Part shown: positions 28,357 to 36,904 of the stretch, in pieces
Layout of the letters: the number at the start of each line of letters is the position of its first letter
Numbering within the stretch: the stretch's first letter is position 1
Source of the DNA: Bacillota bacterium
GTDB taxonomy: Bacteria; Vulcanimicrobiota; JAJTBE01
NCBI GenBank assembly: GCA_021287065.1
Contig: JAJTBE010000201.1
Span: 7,728 to 71,727, forward strand
DNA length: 64,000 nt
Direction of reading: 5' to 3'
The notes under the pieces: generated by a model
Seen by the model: only the letters and a program-made list of their open reading frames with translations
The model's database searches: none
What the model was told of the DNA's origin: nothing
Position numbers and translations under genes: made by a program

Positions 28357-28920
28357 TCAGTATTTCTGAACCCACTTGCCATCCGGGTTCTGAATCATTG
28401 TTCCCTTAGGCACATATTTTTCTCTTAAATCGCAAAAGTATTTAATCGCAGCCGGAAATTTAGCCTGAAGGTTTTCCTCTGTGAGTTTAAGCCCCTCCGA
28501 TGAAGCCAGAATTTCTGCAACTGCAGTTAAAATAACCAGTCTGTCCCTGTTTTCTTCCTCCATCAGCGCTCTGTCTTTTTCCGGAATGTCCATAAACATA
28601 GTTCTCAGATATCCCAGATTTGACTCCCCCGCCATGCCTGATTTCAGAAATTCGTCAATCTTTTTTTCCCTTTCAGCTCTTCTTCCGAAGGCGTCTTTGG
28701 CGTCCTGACGTGCAAAAAGCTGATCCCGTATCGGTCCCTCACCCCACTGTTCGAGGGCGAATACACCGCTGGAAACCACAAGGGAGCATAAAACCATTAC
28801 AGTCAGTCTGAATAACAAACTGAAACCCATATGCCTTTTTTCCGGTTCAGAAAATAAACCGGAAAACTTTTTATCAACACCGGTATTTTTATATGAAGGC
28901 ATGAAATTTTCGATTTTCAT
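28357..28920 (-). CDS. DUF1318 (YdbL)-like periplasmic protein
   Basis: Hydrophobic signal region and GESNLGYL ... EEENRDRLVILTAVA, resembling the GE-x-GYL / eN-DR motif of DUF1318. ATG at 28830 is an alternative start. Confidence 0.5.
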   Translation of the reverse strand: MKIENFMPSYKNTGVDKKFSGLFSEPEKRHMGFSLLFRLTVMVLCSLVVSSGVFALEQWGEGPIRDQLFARQDAKDAFGRRAEREKKIDEFLKSGMAGESNLGYLRTMFMDIPEKDRALMEEENRDRLVILTAVAEILASSEGLKLTEENLQAKFPAAIKYFCDLREKYVPKGTMIQNPDGKWVQKY

Positions 28921-28930
28921 AAAAAACCTG

Positions 28931-30997
28931 CTATTTTTTCAAAGCATCCAGAATTTCCTGATTTGAATTTGCAGTAGCCATGTCTTTTGATGATGTGCCC
29001 TGATCTTCTTTCAGATCAGGATTTGCGCCTGCATTCATCAGGCTTTCAACCATTCTGACATTACCTGCGGTAACTGCATAATGCAGAGCAGTCCAGCCGT
29101 TCATTCCCTTTACATTGGGATCTGCATTTTTTGAAATGAGATAATCCACCATATCGGGTCTTTCACTGTTTACAGCAGTGATAAGCGGTGTTATGCCATC
29201 TTTTTCCGAGTTTATATCAAAACCTTTGGCAAGAATTTTATCCACCAGTTGTTTATCTTCACCGACAACGGCGCTGATCATGGCATCATGAATATCTATC
29301 TCCCCACTGTCTACGCCTGCATCAATAGCTTTCAAATCTTCTTTGGAAATCTGAAAATCACTGGTGGAAGTAGCTGCAGGAAGAGGGCTTACCTTTATGC
29401 TGGCTTTCTTTTTATCCGTATCAATATTGATTTTCACATTATTGTTGTCCACAGGATGAGTTACGGCATACCAGACGACGAGTGCAATGAAAGTGCCGCC
29501 AACAAGGGCGAGAATTCCCAATACAATCAGAACGGTTTTCCACGCACATGAAGGCTTCTTTCCTGCCTGTGGCTGAACGGGAAGCTTCTGAGCCGGTACT
29601 GCGCCGATGTTGCGATCATAAGCGGGTGAAACAGGAGGAGGCTGCATAATCTGCCCCTGTCCCTGAATTCCGCCTGTGCCTCCGGGTCCTGCCGGAGGGG
29701 GAGCCTGCATACCGCCGGTTCCACCGGGACGTGCCTGTGGAGGTGTCTGCATGCCGCCGGTTCCGCCGGGACGTGCCTGGGGAGGCGTCTGCATACCACC
29801 GGTTCCACCGGGACGAGCCTGCTGTTGGGGCTGAAAACCGCCTGAACCTGCAGGGGGAGCCATTCTTCCCTGCTGGGGAGGGCGCTGTAATCCTCCGCTG
29901 CCTGCGGGAGGAACAACAACAGGGGGAACCTGCTGCTGAGGAGGTAAGGGAATGCCCGTATCTGTCATTTTATTTGTGGGAGCACCGGGTAACGAACCGG
30001 ACCCGGATGCCACGGAAATATCTGCTCCGGGATGCGGAGGCATAACATTGGTTTCCCTGATCTGGCTCAGTGCATAGAGAACTTCATCCACTGTCTGGGG
30101 TCTGTCTTCCTTACGCTGTTTAACCATCCGGAGAATAAGATTATTCAGGGTTTCCGGCACATCATCCCTGTATCCCGAAAGAGGAGGAAAATCGAAAGGA
30201 TCCCTTTCCGCAGGAGGTTCACCTGAAAGCAGGTGGTGGAAAGTTGCTCCAACGCTGAAAATATCAGAAGCCTGCACAGCTCTGCCGGAAAACTGCTCCG
30301 GCGAGGCATATCCGAATGTGCCAACAGAAGTATGGGAGGCTGACTCCGGGCTTATGGTTCTTGCTATGCCGAAATCGAGCATAAAGATTTCGCCTTCGGG
30401 GGTGAGCATCAGATTGGAAGGCTTTATATCACGATGAATGATCGGCGGATTCTGGTTGTGCAGATATCTGAGTATCTCCAGAACCTTCCTCATCCATTTG
30501 AGACCCACTTTAACATCTATACGGTGAGACGGGTGGTCGCTGATAAGTTTGGACAGGTCCTTGCCTTTTACATACTCCATAACAAGATACATATTTGCTT
30601 CCTCAACAAAATAATCGAGGACTTTCGGCAAGCCTGAATGTTTGAGGTTAAAAAGCATCTGCGCTTCCGTAACAAAGCGCTTTTCGAGATACTCCCTGTT
30701 TTCGCCCCTTGCAAGGAAATGGTGCATTTCCTTGATGACTACGGTTCCCTTCATCTTGGTATCCTGAGCAAGAAGGACCCGCCCCATGCCCCCGGCGCCA
30801 AGTTCCCTTTCGATATGATAACGGTCCTGATTAAGAGTAGATTTCTCTTCAAGGGGTTTTGGCATTGGCGGCGCAGAACGGCTTCCCCCCGGAGGCTTCT
30901 GAAGCACAGGGGAGGTTCCGTCAATCATTCTGGCTCCGCAGAATATGCAGAAAGTGGCAGTATCGTGGTTTTCATTTCCACAGGAAGGACAAAACAT
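28931..30997 (-). CDS. Ser/Thr protein kinase: N-terminal zinc ribbon, kinase domain, Pro/Gly repeats, TM helix, C-terminal ankyrin repeats
   Basis: CPSCG-x12-CIFCG, VVIKEM lysine region, HRDIKPSNLM, DFGIA, SPEQ. TM helix VLIVLGILALVGGTFIALVVWYAV. ANK repeats (GITPLITAV, GWTALHYAV). Confidence 0.9.
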   Translation of the reverse strand: MFCPSCGNENHDTATFCIFCGARMIDGTSPVLQKPPGGSRSAPPMPKPLEEKSTLNQDRYHIERELGAGGMGRVLLAQDTKMKGTVVIKEMHHFLARGENREYLEKRFVTEAQMLFNLKHSGLPKVLDYFVEEANMYLVMEYVKGKDLSKLISDHPSHRIDVKVGLKWMRKVLEILRYLHNQNPPIIHRDIKPSNLMLTPEGEIFMLDFGIARTISPESASHTSVGTFGYASPEQFSGRAVQASDIFSVGATFHHLLSGEPPAERDPFDFPPLSGYRDDVPETLNNLILRMVKQRKEDRPQTVDEVLYALSQIRETNVMPPHPGADISVASGSGSLPGAPTNKMTDTGIPLPPQQQVPPVVVPPAGSGGLQRPPQQGRMAPPAGSGGFQPQQQARPGGTGGMQTPPQARPGGTGGMQTPPQARPGGTGGMQAPPPAGPGGTGGIQGQGQIMQPPPVSPAYDRNIGAVPAQKLPVQPQAGKKPSCAWKTVLIVLGILALVGGTFIALVVWYAVTHPVDNNNVKINIDTDKKKASIKVSPLPAATSTSDFQISKEDLKAIDAGVDSGEIDIHDAMISAVVGEDKQLVDKILAKGFDINSEKDGITPLITAVNSERPDMVDYLISKNADPNVKGMNGWTALHYAVTAGNVRMVESLMNAGANPDLKEDQGTSSKDMATANSNQEILDALKK
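29705..29830 (-). repeat. In-frame 42-bp tandem repeat (3 copies) encoding ARPGGTGGMQTPPQ within the kinase linker
   Basis: CTGCATNCCNCCGGTTCCNCCGGGACG... repeats at 29705, 29747 and 29789. Confidence 0.8.
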
Positions 30998-31080
30998 AAA
31001 TAATCCACCCGAAAATATAAATCAACCTTTTTTGCTAAAGAATACTTCTTCCCGCCTTGTTTTCATCCTGCATGATATTA

Positions 31081-32697
31081 TCAATCATGTTGGCTTGTTG
31101 CCAGTTCTTTAAGGAAATCAGATTCTCTTATTTCTTTATAAAGCTTTTCAGCTTTGTCCTTTTTTCCGGTTTTTGAATACATATCGGCAAGGGAAAGGTA
31201 AATCAGGGATTTCTGTGCCGGAACCTGAAGGAGATCCTGAACAAAATCGCCTACAGGCTCAAGATGGCGCTTGCCGATGTATTTTTCGAGATAACCGGCT
31301 GCCCTCTGGTATTTTTTGCTTTCCCTGGATTGAAGATAACCGGAAATGAAACTGTATTCCTGACGGTAACTGTGGTCTGATTCCTTAGCCATGGAATAGA
31401 TGTCCGCAGCCTTCCCGGAATCGAAGGGTTCTTCGCCGGAAAGCTCGAGAAACCATGAAGCCATCTGTGCCATATAGTTTTCACTCTGGCTCGGTGAGTT
31501 GCCTTCGAGAACTCTGGCTACAACAGTTTTGAGATTTTTGATACACTCCGTTTTATTTCCCCGGAGATATTCAAGAAGGGCTATATTATAGATTAGTCTT
31601 GTCTGAATCTGGCGGGAAAACTTCATTTTAAGCATGCTGCGGCACAATTCCACAGCTTTATCATAATTTTTTTCATAAAGGGCAAGATTCATTTCCAGCT
31701 CAGCCTTTGATGTGGGAACATTGGATGTTTCCTTCACAGCTTTACTCAGGTGTTCTCTGATTAGTTTATCTGTTTCTTTTCGTTTTGACGGATTTTTCAG
31801 GTAAATACCAAGATAAACCTGGGCAAGATCGTCATGAACCGATTTTGTACGGCCAAAAGAAGCGGTCTGCTGGTTTACCAGAGGCAATGCTTTTTCAAAA
31901 TCGCCTTCGAGGATATACATATGTTTGAGTTTGTATCTGAGTTTGCTGTTATTGGGTTCAAGGAGTATTGCTTCCATAAAATAAGCTTTGGCAAGGCCCT
32001 CTTCGCCTGTTTCGGAAAACACATCGCCGGCAGTTTCCAGAACCCTGCTGTCCGATGGATTACAGATCACCGCTGTATCTGCCCAGGGAAGAGCTTTTCT
32101 GAACTGTCTTTTCAGGACAAGCTCATTCATATACATCCGGGCTATATTCCCCATTTCCTCCAGTTTGGCGGAGATACGGGAGGTGTTTATATTTCTGAGT
32201 TTGCCGAGCATTTCAGCTTCTCTGTAAAGTTTTGCCGCTTCAGGAAGGAAGTCTTCACCCTGAGTCTCAATTTTATCAGCTTCTTCGGTTTTAAGCCTGA
32301 TTTCTCTCCTGATTGCCTCTGTTGTGCTTTTTTTATATAATTTTGCAAAACCCACGGAATCAAATCTGGGTTTATCCCCGTTCATCACCACATACTTTTC
32401 TCCATAGATGCGGACATACATATCTTCGAGGTTTGAATCGTCATCGCCGTCGGCTGCGTCAACATCATCTTTTCCGGAATCACCGGGTTTTCCGATGTTT
32501 TCCGATGGCGCCGGACTTCCGGTATTTTTCCCCTCCGGAGATACCTCCGGAGAGAACTCAGGCAGAGGTGAAGCTGCAACTGAAGATGAAACAGCAGAAG
32601 GAGCCGGTGATGTTTGGGTCGGAGCTTCCCCACCTTTGCATCCGGCGCATAGAGTGAGGGATATAATAAAAGCTGATGCGAGCCAGCGAAGATTCAT
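31081..32697 (-). CDS. TPR-repeat secreted protein/possible lipoprotein
   Basis: Signal sequence ending LCAGC, an S/P/D-rich linker and multiple TPR-like helical pairs. Confidence 0.65.
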   Translation of the reverse strand: MNLRWLASAFIISLTLCAGCKGGEAPTQTSPAPSAVSSSVAASPLPEFSPEVSPEGKNTGSPAPSENIGKPGDSGKDDVDAADGDDDSNLEDMYVRIYGEKYVVMNGDKPRFDSVGFAKLYKKSTTEAIRREIRLKTEEADKIETQGEDFLPEAAKLYREAEMLGKLRNINTSRISAKLEEMGNIARMYMNELVLKRQFRKALPWADTAVICNPSDSRVLETAGDVFSETGEEGLAKAYFMEAILLEPNNSKLRYKLKHMYILEGDFEKALPLVNQQTASFGRTKSVHDDLAQVYLGIYLKNPSKRKETDKLIREHLSKAVKETSNVPTSKAELEMNLALYEKNYDKAVELCRSMLKMKFSRQIQTRLIYNIALLEYLRGNKTECIKNLKTVVARVLEGNSPSQSENYMAQMASWFLELSGEEPFDSGKAADIYSMAKESDHSYRQEYSFISGYLQSRESKKYQRAAGYLEKYIGKRHLEPVGDFVQDLLQVPAQKSLIYLSLADMYSKTGKKDKAEKLYKEIRESDFLKELATSQHD

Positions 32698-32712
32698 AAA
32701 TTCAACTCCTGA

Positions 32713-33498
32713 TTATTTCTGCTGCATACGGGACAAGAGCCTTATGCCTTCGATCACAAGATCTTCGTCATCAAAATCGGGCTTACTTTTCAGACTTCCT
32801 TTGTTAAACAGGGAGGACAACCCCCCTGTGGAGATTACTTTGGCATCCTCTCCGAGAATCTGCTTCATATCCCCGATTATACCTTCCATCATATGGCCGT
32901 ATCCGATAAAAATGCCTGCCTGCATAGATTCCACAGTGTTTTTACCTATTACGGAGGGGGGCATTTCCAGGGGAATCCGGGGAAGATGGGGAGCAAAGCG
33001 GTATAGAGCTTCACAGGAGATAGCGAGGCCCGGCATTATAGCCACTCCTGCCAGTTCTTTATCCCTGTTGATTGCAGTAACTGTGGTTGCAGTGCCCATA
33101 TCTATAATTATAAGGGGTGTTCCGTATTTTTCAACGCCTGCAACTGCTGCGGCGATAAGATCCGCTCCAAGTTCGGCGGGATTTTCAATAGCCAGTTTGA
33201 TATTCATCCTGTTTTTATGACTGACTTTGAAAGGAGTAACACCAAAATACTCAACGGCGATTCCGTCAAGAAGCCTTGCCATGGAGGGAACGACGCTGGA
33301 AATGGCGACTTCAGTTATGTCGCCTTTTTTAACTCCCTCTTTAGCAAGAAAGGAAGCAATCTGATCCGTGTATTCATCCAGAAGTTTTTTTCTGTCGGTG
33401 TGAATTCTCCAGTGGTGGACAAGTTTATCATCTCTGAAAAGTCCGAGAACAATATTTGTATTGCCTGCATCAATGGTAAGCAGCAGCGACATGGCCAA
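32713..33498 (-). CDS. coaX: Type III pantothenate kinase
   Basis: LLTIDAGNTNIVLGLF, IIIDMGTATT and ISTGG motifs. Length is 261 aa. Confidence 0.9.
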   Translation of the reverse strand: MAMSLLLTIDAGNTNIVLGLFRDDKLVHHWRIHTDRKKLLDEYTDQIASFLAKEGVKKGDITEVAISSVVPSMARLLDGIAVEYFGVTPFKVSHKNRMNIKLAIENPAELGADLIAAAVAGVEKYGTPLIIIDMGTATTVTAINRDKELAGVAIMPGLAISCEALYRFAPHLPRIPLEMPPSVIGKNTVESMQAGIFIGYGHMMEGIIGDMKQILGEDAKVISTGGLSSLFNKGSLKSKPDFDDEDLVIEGIRLLSRMQQK

Positions 33499-33672
33499 AT
33501 CTCCTTATAAATTTATGAAAATTATTATAGCACAACCTTTATAATATCAAAACAAATTTGCCACAGGAGGCAATTTGTTTTATAATTATCAGGACTTAAA
33601 CAGTCCTGCTTGTTTCCGGTGAAAAATAATTTTTACCGGAGCACTATATGAATAACATCAAGGGAAATTTCT

Positions 33673-35388
33673 ATGATCATTAATTTCGATAAAATACCAA
33701 AGACATCCAGGCTTTTCAGCGATTATCTATATAATTACGATAAAGTAAGCGATTTCTACAATTACGCTCCCTACGAAATGGTTGAGTTTACCATGCAGTT
33801 TGAAAAACTGAGAGAGCGGCAGTATAACAGGGACGCCATCGCAGACATATTGATTGAACAGAATAAAAAATACGGCGCCGGGGAGCAGACTCTGAAATCC
33901 ATCGAAAAAATCAGAAACCCCAAAACTTTTGTGATATTTACAGGGCAGCAGGTCGGCATATTCGGCGGTCCTCTTTATACAATCTACAAAGCACTGACAG
34001 CGGCAAATCTTGCCCTTCATCTGTCGGTTCATACCCCTTACACCGTTCTGCCGTTCTTCTGGATTGAAGGTGAAGATCATGATTTTGACGAGATCCGCAC
34101 AGTTTCAATAATTGACAAAAACAACGAACTCCTCGAACTTTCGTGGGAGCCTGAAGAGCCGTTTAAAGGGCAGGTTGTGGGCGAAATGATAATTGACACC
34201 AATATGACCGCTCTTATCGATAAACTTGCAGATGCGGTTTTTGATACTGAATTCAAAGAGGGAATAATAAGCACCCTCAGGGAGTGCTATCAGCCCGGAA
34301 GAAACCTTGCCGATGCTTTTGGATGCTGGATGGCAAAAATGATGGACAGCCATGGCCTGATTATGGTGGATCCCTCAGATCCCCGTTTTAAAAAGATGGC
34401 GCTGCCTGTTTACAAAACCTGCCTTGAGAAACACAGAACGGAAATCAACAAGAGCCTTTCCACTGCCAATGAAAAACTCATTGCCGCAGGTTATCACGCT
34501 CAGGTGGGACACAGAGCCGACACCCTCGATTTCTTCTATCACGCCCCGGCAAGGCTTCCCATTATCCACGACGACGGCTGCTATGCGGTGAAAGGAACTG
34601 ATCTCCGCTTTACACCTGAAGAGCTGGAAAAATTCCTTGAAGAAAATATCTGCGATTTCAGCCCTAATGTGATGCTCAGACCGCAGGTTCAGGATTATCT
34701 ATTCCCCACTGCCGCTTATGTGGCAGGACCCGGAGAAATAGCATACTACGCCCAGTTCAAAGGCATTTACGATGTTTTCGACATTCCCATGCCTGTAATT
34801 TATCCCCGAAAAAGCATTACCATTATGGAAAAGAGAACGGAAAAGCTTCTGAATTCCTATGGTCTTGAATTTACCGATGTTATTGGCGGAAGAGCGGAGC
34901 TGGAGAGGAAAATTATAAAGAAAAGCTGCCCCGACGGGTTGAGGGATGCTCTGGAGAAGACAAGAACCTCCACATTTTCACATCTGGAAACTCTTGAGAA
35001 GGAAGCTGCGGCATTCAATCCCAATCTTCAGCCCATCATCAAAAAGCTGGCGGGCAGAATCGACAGGGAGCTTGCAGCTACTGAAACCAGAATAGCCAAC
35101 GAAATGGAAGAAAAGGGTAAAACCGCAAAAAGCCAGGCAGCTAAGATCCTGATGAACCTTTATCCCGACAACAAACTTCAGGAAAGAAAGCTCAATATTC
35201 TCACCTATCTTTATAAATACGATTTCAAGCTCATTGATGCCATAAGATGCATTTCCTGTGTAGATCAGTCAGGTTTCCACCGTATATGGAATCTTGATAT
35301 GACACAGACAGTATGCCGCTCTTGCCACGAAGCTATGGAATGCGCAAAAAATGCGGAAAAAGGATGTCTTGCTGAAGCAACGGTGTAA
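33673..35388 (+). CDS. bshC: Bacillithiol biosynthesis cysteine-adding enzyme BshC-like
   Basis: FTGQQVGIFGGPLYTIYKALTA and FFWIEGEDHDFDEI match the YllA/BshC N-terminal signature. The Cys-rich C-terminal tail of about 30 aa is extra. Confidence 0.8.
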   Translation: MIINFDKIPKTSRLFSDYLYNYDKVSDFYNYAPYEMVEFTMQFEKLRERQYNRDAIADILIEQNKKYGAGEQTLKSIEKIRNPKTFVIFTGQQVGIFGGPLYTIYKALTAANLALHLSVHTPYTVLPFFWIEGEDHDFDEIRTVSIIDKNNELLELSWEPEEPFKGQVVGEMIIDTNMTALIDKLADAVFDTEFKEGIISTLRECYQPGRNLADAFGCWMAKMMDSHGLIMVDPSDPRFKKMALPVYKTCLEKHRTEINKSLSTANEKLIAAGYHAQVGHRADTLDFFYHAPARLPIIHDDGCYAVKGTDLRFTPEELEKFLEENICDFSPNVMLRPQVQDYLFPTAAYVAGPGEIAYYAQFKGIYDVFDIPMPVIYPRKSITIMEKRTEKLLNSYGLEFTDVIGGRAELERKIIKKSCPDGLRDALEKTRTSTFSHLETLEKEAAAFNPNLQPIIKKLAGRIDRELAATETRIANEMEEKGKTAKSQAAKILMNLYPDNKLQERKLNILTYLYKYDFKLIDAIRCISCVDQSGFHRIWNLDMTQTVCRSCHEAMECAKNAEKGCLAEATV

Positions 35389-35403
35389 TCGATAGGGATT
35401 GGG

Positions 35404-35695
35404 CGGAATGCCACTGAATAAAGGCATGGATTTATCTAATCGCTCACGAGACTTGTGTCCGTTTGCCCAGCTCCCAGAGAAAACTTTTTGAAAAAAGTTT
35501 CCTCCGGACCTCCATCCCAAAACTTTTGAATTGGGGGACCGACCGGAGGGGTTAGGACCGACGGGGATTTGGGAACCGTCAGAGGGAACCACGCTTTTTT
35601 GGAAATGCGAGGTTGCCCTCCGAACCTCCCTCTTTGAAAAACAAGAGTATGGGGTTGGGGATTTGAGTGAATTTTTCTAATGCAATGGTATTAGG
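35404..35695 (+). repeat. Family A MITE-like element, copy 2
   Basis: 5' end AATGCCACTGAAT. The 3' end AATGCAATGGTATT is degenerate. Fills the gap between convergent bshC and the beta-propeller gene. Confidence 0.75.
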
Positions 35696-35725
35696 AGTTG
35701 GGCAGGATGCTTTCAGGAAATTGAA

Positions 35726-36904
35726 TTATCTGCCTGTGAAATATACTTTTCCATCTTCTGATCCTATAACACATTTGCCTTTATATGCTGCGGGGGATGA
35801 AAAGACCGAACCTCCGGGTTTTATTTTCCATCTGATTTCACCTTTGGCGGATATGGCAAAAACCCAGCCTTCCTCTGTAGCGGCATAGACTCCGCCTTCG
35901 TTGTCCGATGAAGCTGATGCGTCGATTTCTCCATCGGCGTGATACTTCCATTTAAGGTTCCCTGCAGTGTCAAAGGCGTAAATGTTTCCATCCCTGCTGC
36001 CGAAAACAATGAGGTTGTCTTTTGTCATTACCGGCGAAGATTCAACTGAGCCCTGAGCCGTGAATTTCCATTTCAGTTTTCCTTCTGTGGAAAGGCAGAA
36101 AAAGCTGCCGTTTACACAACCGGCATAAATGCCATCTTCTCCATCATACAGGGGCGATGAAACAACAGCATCACCGGCGCTGAATTTCCAACGGAGTTTT
36201 CCCGATTTGTCCAGACTGTAAATATTCCCATCATCAGAGCCTATATAGATATTGTCCTGCCTGTCTGCCGCCGGTGATGACATAATTTCCAGATCCTTAT
36301 GATTTATTGGAAATTTCCACTGAAGTGCCAAATCCGGGTTCAGGCAGTAAACATTTCCATCCATAGAAGAAAAAACAATATTGTTGTCGGACAGAATGCA
36401 GGCAGACGAAGCTATGGGACCTTCCGTGAGAAACTTACCGACGACTTTTCCGCTGCTGCTGACCTTATAGAAATATTTATCCTGAGAGCCGGCATAAATG
36501 TTTCCGTCTCCATCTGCAGCAGGGGTTGTTACCGCTTTGTGTCCGATTCTGCATTTCCAAACCACCGATGGGGTTTTTTCCATATTTATGCAAAACAGAT
36601 AGCCGTTCATTGATGTAATAAAGACCCTGTTTCCGACAAATGCAGGAGAACCCATTACAGGCGCTCCCGTATCGACAAACGCAGCTTCTGTTTTTTCAAC
36701 AGGAGGCGAACCGGCATATCCCGTATGGAAAGGGCTGCCGAGAAACATATTCCGGTTTTGCTCAAATCTTTGGGGTTTTGAAGTGCTTTCAGGAGAAAAT
36801 GATAAAGCCGGGGCGGGGGTATGTTTCGTGCCGTTGCCATATCCTCCGCATCCCGGCAATACAAATATCAATAAAAGAACAAGAATAACTCTTGCGGTAT
36901 CCAC
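35726..36904 (-). CDS. PQQ-like (BamB-type) beta-propeller lipoprotein
   Basis: GTG start and lipobox LPGC. Repeated D-G-N-[IV]-Y-[AC]-[LF]-[DN] ... G-x-[LI]-[KR]-W-K-[FY] blades. Confidence 0.8.
   Translation of the reverse strand: MDTARVILVLLLIFVLPGCGGYGNGTKHTPAPALSFSPESTSKPQRFEQNRNMFLGSPFHTGYAGSPPVEKTEAAFVDTGAPVMGSPAFVGNRVFITSMNGYLFCINMEKTPSVVWKCRIGHKAVTTPAADGDGNIYAGSQDKYFYKVSSSGKVVGKFLTEGPIASSACILSDNNIVFSSMDGNVYCLNPDLALQWKFPINHKDLEIMSSPAADRQDNIYIGSDDGNIYSLDKSGKLRWKFSAGDAVVSSPLYDGEDGIYAGCVNGSFFCLSTEGKLKWKFTAQGSVESSPVMTKDNLIVFGSRDGNIYAFDTAGNLKWKYHADGEIDASASSDNEGGVYAATEEGWVFAISAKGEIRWKIKPGGSVFSSPAAYKGKCVIGSEDGKVYFTGR

Noticed and set aside
32408-33220. 270-aa plus-strand ORF spanning the TPR gene start and the coaX end
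   Set aside because: It crosses two well-supported minus-strand genes and has Ser/Pro-rich shadow composition.
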